DNA from: Minisyncoccota bacterium
GTDB lineage: Bacteria; Patescibacteriota; Minisyncoccia; UBA6257; GWB1-50-10
Direction: 5' to 3'
DNA length: 64,000 nucleotides
Assembly (NCBI GenBank): GCA_041659005.1
Contig: JBAZZD010000001.1
Span: 16,366 to 80,365 of the forward strand
The notes under the pieces were generated by a model that was given only the letters and a program-made list of their open reading frames with translations, did no database searches and was not told the DNA's origin. Made by a program: the position numbers and the translations under genes. Of this stretch, positions 1 to 9,560 are shown one piece after another. The stretch's first letter is position 1; every line of letters starts with the position of its first letter.

Positions 1-102
1 ATTCCACAACTATCTTGCTGCTATTGATACTAGCATCTAAGAACCAACTAGTCAAGACAACTATCAATTTAAATAACTCCCCAAAGAAAAGTGAGTTACA
101 AA

Positions 103-372
103 TTACTTTTTCATAAGTAAATTTAATTTTTTTTCTCTAGATAAACGTTTTATCGCAGCCTCTCTACTTCGAGCATCCTTAAGAGTCTGGAACGTTTCCG
201 AATACTTCAAAACTACTGGCCTTCGTATTTTTGTGTAGTGCGCTCCTTTTTTTGCGTGATTATGTTCGTGTATCCTTTTTTCAAGATTGCTAGTGCTACC
301 AACATAGAGAGTCAAATCAACACACTCTACGATATAAACAACATACTGATTTAAGGTTACAGACTTCATCAA
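103..372 (-). CDS. Small stand-alone GIY-YIG (URI-domain, YhbQ-like) nuclease
   Basis: 89 aa. GIY-YIG signature YVVYIVEC..LYVGSTSNLEKRIHEHN. Overlaps engB start by 4 nt. Confidence 0.6.
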   Translation of the reverse strand: MMKSVTLNQYVVYIVECVDLTLYVGSTSNLEKRIHEHNHAKKGAHYTKIRRPVVLKYSETFQTLKDARSREAAIKRLSREKKLNLLMKK

Positions 373-938
373 ATTAAAATTTCTCTAAGCAATTCCTTTA
401 TACCAATTTTATCCTTTGTTGAGTAAGGAATAATTTGATGAGTCCCCACAAGTTCTTTTATTATTTCAAACTGCTTCTTATATTCTTTCTGTTTCAATTT
501 ATCTATTTTGTTCGCAACAATAATAATTTCTTTCCTATATTCCTCTAAACTATGAAGCATTTCTATGTCATCTTTGGTTGGACCAACTGAAGCATCAATT
601 ATTACAATAACCTTCTTTTGCTCACCATGAGAAGCAAAAAAATACCACCGTATCATTTCTTGAAGACTTTCTCTCTGTTCTCGCGAAACCTTTGCGTATC
701 CATATCCTGGAAGATCAACAAAATACAACAATTTGTTGATCAAAAATAGATTTATCATCTGAGTACGCCCAGGAAAAGAACTCGTCCTCGCCAGATCATT
801 TTGATTAACGAGGGAGTTAATGACGCTGGACTTACCAACGTTTGAACGCCCAATAAAAGCAATTTGTGGAACACCATCGCCAAAAATACCGTCACCCGCA
901 AGTGCACTTTTTATAAATTGAGCTGATTCTATCTTCAT
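369..938 (-). CDS. engB: Ribosome biogenesis GTP-binding protein EngB/YihA
   Basis: G1 motif GRSNVGKSSVINSL, DLPGYG G3 motif, about 190 aa. Confidence 0.8.
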   Translation of the reverse strand: MKIESAQFIKSALAGDGIFGDGVPQIAFIGRSNVGKSSVINSLVNQNDLARTSSFPGRTQMINLFLINKLLYFVDLPGYGYAKVSREQRESLQEMIRWYFFASHGEQKKVIVIIDASVGPTKDDIEMLHSLEEYRKEIIIVANKIDKLKQKEYKKQFEIIKELVGTHQIIPYSTKDKIGIKELLREILI

Positions 939-989
939 ATATTCAATATTATATCTAAAAACCGATTCTTAGAATCGGTTTTTAAATTG

Positions 990-1628
990 TTATTTCTTTG
1001 CTTTCTTCTTTTTCTCAACCGGTTTCTTAGTTGGTATTTTCTTTGTTTTTTCTTTCTTTTCAACTACCAATTCTTTTTTTTCTTCCTTTACTAGAACTGC
1101 TGGAATTAAAATCTTCATAATTCTATCAAGTTTTGCGTTTATTGCATCAAATTGTTCTTTATATTGATTTGTTGGCTTATCATTGCTTCTGTCATTACTT
1201 CTATTTATAGCACTGCCATTTTTTTCAAAACAATCACTGCAATAGACTGGCTTGTCCCCCGTTGGTTTAAATGGAACTTCGCATTGCCGCGCACATTTAT
1301 CGCATGTCGCATTAAACATCTGTTTATCTCTACTCATGAATGATGAATCTCTCTTGCCACCAAAACTTGGTTTTCTGAAATTATTTCCACCCGATCGCAC
1401 CGATCCGCCATCATTATCATGATTTCGAAAACAATCACTGCAATAGACTGGTCTATTTCCGGTTGGCTTAAAAGGAACTTCGCATTCTTTCTTGCAATCG
1501 CTGCAAATAACCTTGCTCATAACAGATCCTCTATCGCCACCGAAACTACGCTTGCCGGAATCTCTTCCGCCAAATCCCCCCCCTCCACCTCTTTCACTTG
1601 ATTTATTACCTCTTTTAAATATTTTCAT
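990..1628 (-). CDS. Protein with two tandem CxxC..CxxC zinc-ribbon modules (zf-trcl-like), Gly/Arg-rich N-terminus and Lys-rich C-terminus
   Basis: Motif C-x2-C-x5-CEVPFKPTG-x-(R/K)PVYCSDCF occurs twice. Low-complexity GGGGGFGGRD head and KKKKAKK tail. Confidence 0.5.
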   Translation of the reverse strand: MKIFKRGNKSSERGGGGGFGGRDSGKRSFGGDRGSVMSKVICSDCKKECEVPFKPTGNRPVYCSDCFRNHDNDGGSVRSGGNNFRKPSFGGKRDSSFMSRDKQMFNATCDKCARQCEVPFKPTGDKPVYCSDCFEKNGSAINRSNDRSNDKPTNQYKEQFDAINAKLDRIMKILIPAVLVKEEKKELVVEKKEKTKKIPTKKPVEKKKKAKK

Positions 1629-1714
1629 TATTTATATGTTGGATTTCCAACTACTTAGACTCTATTCCTTTTTTCGACAAACCGCAAATCGCCATTCTGG
1701 TCATGTTGTGTCAA

Positions 1715-3169
1715 CTAGTCTTTCTCTAAATCAAGAGTTTCATCGATGCGAATCTGACTAATAAATTCTGGGACGTGACTCACAAGAATCATTGCACCCG
1801 CATATTTATCAAGTGCCGCTGCAATTATCGGGAGGTGACGAAAATTCATATGATTTGTTGGCTCGTCGAGAATAAGAAGTCCTGGACGCAACAACACAAG
1901 CTGTGCAAGAGCAACCAATCCCTTCTGTCCCTCGGAAAGTGTTCCAATCTTTGCCTTCATCACGTTCTCTCCAATAAGAAATCCAGCAGCGGTAGAGCGA
2001 ACCTCACTTTCAGTAATCCGATCCATTACCGAAGAAAGAGAGTGATATACCGTATCGTCAAAATTTAGCGTGGAAAAATCCTGTCGGTAGTATCCAACTC
2101 GAACTCCGTCTGTAATTGTAGATTCTTTTCTATCTTTATGTGTAAGCGATTCGAGGAGTGTACTCTTTCCGATTCCATTCGGTCCTTTCAATAATAAATG
2201 CTGATTTTTTCTTAATGAGATATTTTTCTTTTTATTAGTGGGTTTGTGATTTTTAAAAACGGTATAAGAGGAAATATGTATTATGTCTCCAATAAGATCT
2301 TCTTGAGATGGAATTATAAATGGTCGAATGGTTTTATCCTCCTTTCTCACGTCTACCATTTCTTCTTCCATCTCTTCTGCCTTTTCACGCATCTTTTTTG
2401 CTACTAATCGCATCTGGCCTCCTTTGTGGGCAAAAAAGTTTGCCTTCTCTTTATTCGCCTCAACCTCTTTCGCGAGAAGTGCATTTTTTCTATTCTCTTT
2501 TTCAATGCGCAAAGAAATTTGCGCAACAACATCTGAATAATTTCCTACATACTGTTCAATTTTTCGTGTATACACATCGAGATATAACACTCCTTGTGTA
2601 AATGCGTTTAAAAATTCTGCATCATGTGAAATAACAATACATGTTTTTTTGTAATCAATGAGAAATTGAGTAAGGTGTGCGATTCCTTCTTTATCAAGAT
2701 TATTTGTTGGCTCATCAAGGAGAAGGAGATCAGGTTTTTGAATTAGTGCAGACGCAAGAAGAAGTCGTGCCTGCTGTCCACCAGAAAATGATTGTATCGT
2801 TCGATCGTGTGGAGCGTGTACATTAACGACCTCAAGCACCTCATCGATGCGAGGATCAATATCATATATCTTTTTGAGAAAACATTTTTCAAAAAATTCA
2901 CGTACCGTTAAATGCATTTCTCCACGAGGAATTACTTGGCGCGCAGTCGCAACACTTAATCCTTTTGCAACACTTATTGTTCCTGATTCTGGAGACAACA
3001 AACCAGTGATAAGTTGAAGCATGGTACTTTTCCCTGAACCATTCTGACCCATAAGTGCTGCTTTCCATCCATCGCGAAGCGAAAAATTAACCTCACTTAA
3101 AATGGGGTGATGATATCCGAAATCAAAGGATACTTTATCAAATCGTAATATAACTTCGTTGTGTGCCAT
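1715..3169 (-). CDS. ABC-F family ATPase (two ABC cassettes; translation factor / ribosome protection type)
   Basis: Two Walker A motifs (GQNGSGKST, GPNGIGKST). Two signature motifs (LSGGQQARL, LSEGQKGLV). Two Walker B motifs (LLLLDEPTNNLD, LLILDEPTNHMD). Charged inter-domain linker. No transmembrane domain. Confidence 0.8.
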   Translation of the reverse strand: MAHNEVILRFDKVSFDFGYHHPILSEVNFSLRDGWKAALMGQNGSGKSTMLQLITGLLSPESGTISVAKGLSVATARQVIPRGEMHLTVREFFEKCFLKKIYDIDPRIDEVLEVVNVHAPHDRTIQSFSGGQQARLLLASALIQKPDLLLLDEPTNNLDKEGIAHLTQFLIDYKKTCIVISHDAEFLNAFTQGVLYLDVYTRKIEQYVGNYSDVVAQISLRIEKENRKNALLAKEVEANKEKANFFAHKGGQMRLVAKKMREKAEEMEEEMVDVRKEDKTIRPFIIPSQEDLIGDIIHISSYTVFKNHKPTNKKKNISLRKNQHLLLKGPNGIGKSTLLESLTHKDRKESTITDGVRVGYYRQDFSTLNFDDTVYHSLSSVMDRITESEVRSTAAGFLIGENVMKAKIGTLSEGQKGLVALAQLVLLRPGLLILDEPTNHMNFRHLPIIAAALDKYAGAMILVSHVPEFISQIRIDETLDLEKD

Positions 3170-3220
3170 GAGTAATGTGTTTGTATCGTGTCAGCGCTTA
3201 ATTCTGCTAGAAAAACGGGG

Positions 3221-3382
3221 TGATGTCAATCCCGTTAGAGATAAGGGGGGTTATAAATGCTTATGATGTTTGTAAAAAATATTTAATTAATTCGTTAAGG
3301 TAAAAATATGACAAACGTGTAAAATCTCTAATGGGATCAATCCCGTTAGAGAGAATGGAGATTATAAATGCTTATATATTTG
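3221..3382 (+). repeat. Two imperfect ~50-bp direct repeats (3221-3272 and 3331-3382) in the divergent promoter region, each containing SD-like G-run plus a tiny ORF
   Basis: Shared blocks (g/a)tcaatcccgttagaga and ttataaatgcttat. Mini-ORFs ATGCTTATGATGTTTGTAAAAAATATTTAA and ATGCTTATATATTTGATTAATATGTAA, preceded by AAGGGGGG and TGGAGA respectively. Confidence 0.7.
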
Positions 3383-3414
3383 ATTAATATGTAAACGAAG
3401 ATAACAATACATAT

Positions 3415-4683
3415 ATGAACAGTCACACGATATGGGATGTGGCGGTAATAGGAGGAGGCCAATCAGGCATGATGGCGGCAGGAAGAGCGGCCGAGTTGGG
3501 TGCGCGTGTAATTCTCATAGAAAAGAATGAAACGCTGGGAAAAAAATTACTTATTACTGGCGGCGGAAGATGTAATCTCACTAATGCAGAACCTTCTACG
3601 CGTGCCTTTCTCTCAAAATTAAAGGGAAACGATAAGTTTCTTTTCTCTCCATTTGCTCAAATGGATATTGAAAAGACTATTTCTTTTTTCAATGATCGAG
3701 GCTTATCAACAAAAATAGAAGCCGGAAGGCGCGTCTTCCCCACAAGTGACAAGTCGCGTTCAGTACTCGACGTACTTGTTAAATACATGAAACAAGGAAG
3801 AGTCGAGATACTAACAAAAAGTTCAGTAAATACACTAATAAAAAATGTCGACAATACATTCAAAATAGAAATTAAAGATAGCAAACAAATCATTGCACGT
3901 AATGTTGTTATCGCAACTGGCGGCACATCGCGCCCAGAAACAGGATCAACAGGAGATGGCTTCATGTGGCTCGCGTCACTTGGACACACAGTAAAAGAAC
4001 CGAATGCGTCTCTTGTCCCAATCGCAATACACGATACGTGGGTAAAAACATTACAAGGTATTACACTAACCGATATTAAAATAAATGTACTTCAAAACGG
4101 AAAAAAACAATTTGGAAGATTAGGCAATATATTATTTACCCATTTTGGTATAAGCGGTCCCACTATTATTAATATGAGCAAAGATGTAAGAGATCTTTTA
4201 CAATATGGCACAGTCACAATTGAACTTGATCTATTTCCAAACCTTGATGATGGTGCAATAAACGAGAAGCTTAAAACACTCTTTATAAAGGAACAAAATA
4301 AAAAATTAATAAATGTTATTTGTGTACTTGCGCCCGTCGCAGCATTTCGGTCAATACTCATTAATCTATCAAAGATGAATCCAGACACATTCTGCCATAG
4401 TATCACACGAGAAGATCGTTTAGCGCTCGCAAAACTATTGAAAGGAGTGCCAATGAGCGTCAAGGAAATATTAGGAAAAGAAAAAGCAATCGTCACAAGT
4501 GGTGGTATTCCACTTACTGAAGTAGATACAAAAACAATGCAATCAAAACTACATAACAACCTATATCTCACTGGGGACATATTAGATATAGATAGACCAT
4601 CGGGCGGATATAGTCTTCAGTTATGCTGGACAACTGGATATGTTGCGGGAACCGCCGCCCGCAATGCGCTCAAAAAAAATTAA
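3415..4683 (+). CDS. HI0933/YhiN-family FAD-dependent flavoprotein (BaiN-like oxidoreductase)
   Basis: N-terminal dinucleotide-binding fold DVAVIGGGQSGMMAAGRAAELGARVILIEK followed by GGGRCNLTN, characteristic of the HI0933 family. Confidence 0.8.
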   Translation: MNSHTIWDVAVIGGGQSGMMAAGRAAELGARVILIEKNETLGKKLLITGGGRCNLTNAEPSTRAFLSKLKGNDKFLFSPFAQMDIEKTISFFNDRGLSTKIEAGRRVFPTSDKSRSVLDVLVKYMKQGRVEILTKSSVNTLIKNVDNTFKIEIKDSKQIIARNVVIATGGTSRPETGSTGDGFMWLASLGHTVKEPNASLVPIAIHDTWVKTLQGITLTDIKINVLQNGKKQFGRLGNILFTHFGISGPTIINMSKDVRDLLQYGTVTIELDLFPNLDDGAINEKLKTLFIKEQNKKLINVICVLAPVAAFRSILINLSKMNPDTFCHSITREDRLALAKLLKGVPMSVKEILGKEKAIVTSGGIPLTEVDTKTMQSKLHNNLYLTGDILDIDRPSGGYSLQLCWTTGYVAGTAARNALKKN

Positions 4684-5198
4684 TTTTCCAAAAGTGTTTT
4701 ATATATTGAGAAACTAGATAATTGATGTTTATTTAATCCTCTCGTTTCTCTTACTTCTTTCTGTTTTAATATTTTCAATTTCATTTTCAAATCAAGAGAT
4801 TTTTTTAATGCGCAATGAAATTCTTTTTCTATCCTGTTTGAACACTTCAAAAACCAAACTTCAATCTCCCACTTCACTTTTTTATGTTCTAACTTCAAAA
4901 CAATTATAAAGCCTTCAGGTCTGTTTTCTCTTTTAAATTTTTCAAAATCACCATATTCATACTTTTGAAATAGTCGTAAATCAACGAGTCTATTAAGTGC
5001 CGCGACTGATGCGCATCTCGGATTCTCACATACAACACAAATATCTATATCAGGATCGTACATAACATCTAAATCATATGCTCCACCTATTTCCACAACA
5101 CCAAACTCAGATAGAATATTTACTACATCTGTTCTCTTGAGAATTTCTGTGGCATATTTTTTTATCTTTTTTGAATATGAGATTAAATTCCTACTCAT
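4680..5198 (-). CDS. Nucleotidyltransferase-fold (MNT-like) protein
   Basis: GGAYDLDVMYDPDIDI resembles the GS-x-D-x-D Pol-beta NTase core. Overlaps the upstream HIT gene by 4 nt. Confidence 0.45.
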   Translation of the reverse strand: MSRNLISYSKKIKKYATEILKRTDVVNILSEFGVVEIGGAYDLDVMYDPDIDICVVCENPRCASVAALNRLVDLRLFQKYEYGDFEKFKRENRPEGFIIVLKLEHKKVKWEIEVWFLKCSNRIEKEFHCALKKSLDLKMKLKILKQKEVRETRGLNKHQLSSFSIYKTLLEN

Positions 5199-5578
5199 AT
5201 AGTAATTATTAAATTTTTTCTAATTTTATCGTCAAGAGTAAAGTCGCCTATTTTGCCTACTTTTCCAGTTAAATTCTGAATACCAAACTCTTTGTAACGC
5301 GGGACCAAATGCCAATGAACGTGATTCACCTCATCCATATACAGCAGGTAAACCTTTTTAACTTTTAAGGTTTTCATCATTGCTTTTCTTATATCATCCA
5401 CTCTATTCATCAAATATTCATAGTCGTTTCTTCTTAACAAGTGCAGATCTTTTACCTTTTTATTCCAAACTACAACTACATGCCCGCGAACAATTGGATT
5501 ATTGGCCAAACATGCATAAAGTTTTTTATCTTTATAGATAATGGCACTTTTAAATGGCTTAGGAAGACTGTCTTTCAT
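5195..5578 (-). CDS. HIT-family (histidine triad) hydrolase
   Basis: Histidine triad VNHVHWHLVPR. Confidence 0.65.
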   Translation of the reverse strand: MKDSLPKPFKSAIIYKDKKLYACLANNPIVRGHVVVVWNKKVKDLHLLRRNDYEYLMNRVDDIRKAMMKTLKVKKVYLLYMDEVNHVHWHLVPRYKEFGIQNLTGKVGKIGDFTLDDKIRKNLIITI

Positions 5579-5633
5579 ATATAGGCAATATCTTTATTGT
5601 AACAGTATTTTTTATTCTAAATTTGAAATCGTT

Positions 5634-6161
5634 TTAAAAATCAATTTTTAATTTTCTGCGTCTATAATAAATAATAAACGCAACATTAATCGCTATGAGT
5701 AGCACCCAATTGATAATGCTCACATATGGATATTCCCACCAATTCCAACCCAAAAGTCTTTGTGGATTATAATCTAAAAATGGATAAAATAAACGAGCCA
5801 GTGGATCGCCATGATGAGTAAACAGATCCAGAAAAATATGAAGGGCATATGGACAAATCAATATCCAATAACGTCTAGCAAAAACAACTAAAATACCAGA
5901 AAAAACTGCAAGACCAAGAAGGCCGTGACTATACCCATATAAGTCCCGACTCCACGCAGGTAAGGTACTCCAAACAAATGTTAAATCTAAACCTTGAGTA
6001 ACTTGTAAATAGAAAAAACCTGCTACAGTAGAAATTAAGTCTGGCAAAAAACCACCAACAAGGATTGGTATGAGTAATTTTGGTTGGCGAACAAAGGTCA
6101 TCCCCCAAACACCATGAGAAATGATGTCCATATATTTAGTTATATCATAAAAAACACCCAA
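5634..6161 (-). CDS. Membrane-bound metal-dependent hydrolase-like protein (YdjM/DUF457-like)
   Basis: Multiple TM helices. Conserved His residues (ISHGVWG, HIFLDLFTHHGDP). Confidence 0.35.
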   Translation of the reverse strand: MGVFYDITKYMDIISHGVWGMTFVRQPKLLIPILVGGFLPDLISTVAGFFYLQVTQGLDLTFVWSTLPAWSRDLYGYSHGLLGLAVFSGILVVFARRYWILICPYALHIFLDLFTHHGDPLARLFYPFLDYNPQRLLGWNWWEYPYVSIINWVLLIAINVAFIIYYRRRKLKIDF

Positions 6162-6200
6162 AGGTGTTTTTTATATTTCAATCATTCACTGTAATTAATT

Positions 6201-6320
6201 TTATTTGTGCTTTTTGTCTTTCTTTCTCGCTAGCATAGCCCGTTTTATTTCTAATCGTTTTTTTGTTTTGTGGGAGTGTGTTTTTATTGGTTTCCCGACT
6301 CCAGTACGTCTTTTTGCCAT
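6201..6320 (-). CDS. Possible unannotated 39-aa highly basic small protein
   Basis: Hand translation of the minus strand gives MAKRRTGVGKPIKTHSHKTKKRLEIKRAMLARKKDKKHK. Below the ORF-track length cutoff. No clear SD. Confidence 0.2.
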   Translation of the reverse strand: MAKRRTGVGKPIKTHSHKTKKRLEIKRAMLARKKDKKHK

Positions 6321-6487
6321 ATATATTGGTTAATTGTTTATGTTCTGAGTGTAACAGAAAATCCTAAGAAGGGAAACGTTCTTGTGCGTTCGCCATTGTT
6401 TAGAGAAAAAGTGATACAAAAACATAATCATGATAAGATTAGAAAATTGAGAAAAACACCCTACCCTAACACTACAATTTATCAGTT

Positions 6488-7189
6488 ATGTCAAAAAAAT
6501 ATTTAAAAGAACTATTTACACTTTTTCTTTCAATATCCGGTTATGTACCGAGTCACGCCACAATACTTAGAACGATTGCCATGACACTGGCCCTCGCTCT
6601 TTCTTTTTATTTTATTTACTTTCAAACACATAATTCGGGGCTTGCAATTGCTTATTTTGTACTTTCAGAATTCCTCTACATAGGTTTTGTATATTGCGTC
6701 CTATCAAAAAATGGCCTCCGACATTGGTTTATTAAAAAATGGGGCAATGAGGAAAGAGGATATTTAGCATTTGAGGCAATCCTTGGTTTTTTATTTTTTA
6801 ATAATGGGGCAAGTATTGCGTATATCTCATCTTCAACCACTGGAATTTTATTCGATTTCGTTCCGAAAAAACTCATACTTATATTGGTAATTGGAATGTT
6901 TGGTCTTGGTTTTATTGTTAAAATACTTGCAGCAAAAGCAATATCAATTGATATATATTACTGGAAAGATATGTTTTTAGGGAGAAAGATATGTGATTTT
7001 GTAATAACGGGACCATACAAATACTTCAAGAATCCAATGTATGGTGTCGGACAACTTCAATCATATGCAATTGCAATCTGGTATGGATCTATACTTGGCT
7101 TATTTGTCGCAGTAGTAAATCAATGTCTAGTGTTTTCCTTTTTCTTTTTAAAGGAAAGGGAATTTATAAAAAGAATTTATAAAAGCTAA
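6488..7189 (+). CDS. Integral-membrane methyltransferase, ICMT/PEMT family-like
   Basis: Multi-TM protein with C-terminal GPYKYFKNPMYGVGQLQSY motif typical of isoprenylcysteine/phospholipid methyltransferases. Confidence 0.45.
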   Translation: MSKKYLKELFTLFLSISGYVPSHATILRTIAMTLALALSFYFIYFQTHNSGLAIAYFVLSEFLYIGFVYCVLSKNGLRHWFIKKWGNEERGYLAFEAILGFLFFNNGASIAYISSSTTGILFDFVPKKLILILVIGMFGLGFIVKILAAKAISIDIYYWKDMFLGRKICDFVITGPYKYFKNPMYGVGQLQSYAIAIWYGSILGLFVAVVNQCLVFSFFFLKEREFIKRIYKS

Positions 7190-7686
7190 AAGGTTTATCT
7201 ATTTTTTGCGTAGAAATCGAATAATAAAATAAATAGCAGTTACCATAAAAAGTAGCAACCAAAACCAAGAAAAATAAATAAGATATTCATAAAAATATAA
7301 ACCAAACAGAATACCCAACGAAAGAAGGCAAATTTTTATAAGGCTAACTTCCCACCATTGAAATGTCCATGTTTTAAAAATTTTCATAATTCATTAAGGA
7401 TATTGCATATGACCTTCGTATAATGATAATCCGTGCTAGAAATATAATAACCTCTATATTTTGATTAGAATAAATTCAGTTTATTTTTCTAATTTTTGGA
7501 AAAATTTCAAGAAGTAGATGAAATAGAGGAAGTTAAAAAACAATAGATATTGCCATGGATTATATTGCCCTAAAAACCCTAGAAATCCCAAATACCAATG
7601 CTTGTCTCTCATATCTAAAATTATATCAAAAACAATCCCTTTAATTTTGCAATAAAAATAGCTCCGCATTGTAGAAGTTATAAAAA

Positions 7687-8244
7687 CTACTGAAGTGTTT
7701 TTATATTTGTCTTTAGCTCTCTTAATATTTTCGCAACAGCATCCTTGGCGTCTTTAGATTTTATTGTTAAGAGTCTTTTTCTGTTATCCAAATAGGTATC
7801 TGCCAACTTATCCGCCCAACCACCAGTTCCTCCGATAACAACAGTTGGGATATTTGACTGATATGCAATGGCTATTTCAGTAAGAGTTCCCGATCCGCCT
7901 GATATTGCAATTATAGCGTCACAAGAATTAACTAGAACAAACTCTCTACCGCCACCTCTTTCTAGGCCGGTAGAGATTACAACGTCAGTATCTCCATTTT
8001 TATCCCATATATCTTTGCCCTTGCCATAGGTGACGCCAACGGTAAATCCATTGACGCTTTTTGCTCCCCTTGAAGCTGCCGTGGAAAGCGAATCATAGTC
8101 CTTTTCTGCTCCATACACGGTTATGTTTCCGGAAAGCGCTATTTGTTTCCCAACGTCAAAAGCTATTTGTTCTATTTCTTTTGAATAATTTAAGTCCGCC
8201 GCCGAGCCCATTACCCCTATTTGATATTTTCTATTTTTTTTCAT
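7687..8244 (-). CDS. LOG/TIGR00725-family Rossmann-fold nucleotide-binding protein
   Basis: IGVMGSAAD N-terminus and GGSGTLTE (PGGxGTxxE-like) motif. Confidence 0.65.
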   Translation of the reverse strand: MKKNRKYQIGVMGSAADLNYSKEIEQIAFDVGKQIALSGNITVYGAEKDYDSLSTAASRGAKSVNGFTVGVTYGKGKDIWDKNGDTDVVISTGLERGGGREFVLVNSCDAIIAISGGSGTLTEIAIAYQSNIPTVVIGGTGGWADKLADTYLDNRKRLLTIKSKDAKDAVAKILRELKTNIKTLQ

Positions 8245-8395
8245 ACTTGTAAGATTAGTCTTCTACGGTTTGAATAAAAAGTAAAGAAACCCTACAAATA
8301 AGATTGCCACGTCAAAAAACGCCTCACATAACTGCAAGGTATTTTTAACCGCTCTCCATGGGACGTCGCTGGAGTGAATTTGGGAGAATAATACC

Positions 8396-8833
8396 CTAAA
8401 CCTTCTTCTCTAATGTATTAAAGATCTCATCCATAATCGACAATGTCCCAGCAATTGATTCTTTATTTTGAAGATAGTCTTCTCTACTAAACCATTTGGC
8501 ATATTGCCCCTCGGATGATACGATCACATCTCTCTCAAAATCATCATTTACACAAAAGAGGAAAAGATAGAGTTCTGCAGAGGAAAAATGCTTTGTCGCA
8601 GAAAGATTATATACTTTGAACAAACGAAAGTTTTCAGGGATTATATTAAGCTCTTCTTTTGATTCTCTCACTAATGCTTGCACGGGCGTTTCTGTCTCTT
8701 GGATGCCACCTCCAAAGAAGCCGAACATGTCTCCTCCACGTTCATGATTTTTGGCTCTTTTTTGCATAAATAAATATACCAATCCGTTAATCACCTTATA
8801 TGGGACAAGAACAGAAACTTTTCGTTTTTCCAT
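8396..8833 (-). CDS. NUDIX hydrolase
   Basis: NUDIX box GGGIQETETPVQALVRESKEELNI (Gx5Ex7REUxEExGU). Confidence 0.75.
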   Translation of the reverse strand: MEKRKVSVLVPYKVINGLVYLFMQKRAKNHERGGDMFGFFGGGIQETETPVQALVRESKEELNIIPENFRLFKVYNLSATKHFSSAELYLFLFCVNDDFERDVIVSSEGQYAKWFSREDYLQNKESIAGTLSIMDEIFNTLEKKV

Positions 8834-8942
8834 GACATCATTAAATCATTTCATAATTTTAAAGTCTACAAAAAGAAAAAATAACCCATATTCTATGTGG
8901 GCTATTTTTTGCTCTAGGGATGCGACTCTAACTTATCAAAAC

Positions 8943-9560
8943 CTAGTGATTATATTGTTGAATCTTAAATACATGTATTTCTTCTGCACTAGAGTCCTCA
9001 GATAACTCCAATAATTCAGAATTTCCAAAATGAAACATCATTAATACCTGCTTCCAATCTAAATTATAGTAAGTCGCATAAATCATTTTCCCAAAATCGC
9101 CATGAGTGACTAAGAGTATATTTCCGTTTGTGTATTTTTCCTTTAGGGAGATGAGCAGCTTTTTAGCGCGCGCAACTAATTGAGGAAATGTTTCTGATCC
9201 TTCGGGGCTTAGGAAATAACAGATGGTATCAGTCTCAATAATGTCTGGGAAACACATTTCTTTTATTTTCTTTTGTTGCTGACCCGTCATAACGCCAAAA
9301 TCTCGCTCAATTAAATCAGCAAGTGGTTCAGGCTTCTTATTACCAATAATATTGGTAATTATTTCTGCTGTTTTATATGCCCGCTGAAGCGGAGATGAAT
9401 AGACATAATCAAAATAAATTCCAGTCTCTTTTATCTTTTCTGCAGTCTCTTTCGCTTGCTCAATCCCCTTTTCTGATAATGGTTGATCACGATGACCATT
9501 TAAAATACCACTCGCATTATCGAGATCTTGTCCGTGTCTAGCTAAATAAATTTTGAGCAT
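8943..9560 (-). CDS. Histidine phosphatase (phosphoglycerate mutase) family protein
   Basis: N-terminal IYLARHGQ (RHG catalytic motif) and downstream LLVTHGDFG. Confidence 0.7.
   Translation of the reverse strand: MLKIYLARHGQDLDNASGILNGHRDQPLSEKGIEQAKETAEKIKETGIYFDYVYSSPLQRAYKTAEIITNIIGNKKPEPLADLIERDFGVMTGQQQKKIKEMCFPDIIETDTICYFLSPEGSETFPQLVARAKKLLISLKEKYTNGNILLVTHGDFGKMIYATYYNLDWKQVLMMFHFGNSELLELSEDSSAEEIHVFKIQQYNH

Noticed and set aside
1152-2601. Plus-strand ORFs overlapping the zinc-ribbon and ABC-F genes (1152..1343, 1419..1601, 1492..1761, 1775..2068, 2320..2601)
   Set aside because: Antisense to well-supported genes, low-complexity translations, no motifs. Treated as spurious.
7199-7669. 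Two 62-aa minus-strand ORFs in an AT-rich spacer
   Set aside because: Hydrophobic but extremely low-complexity (F/L/Y/K-rich) in a very AT-rich region. Could be small membrane peptides but there is no support beyond the open frame.
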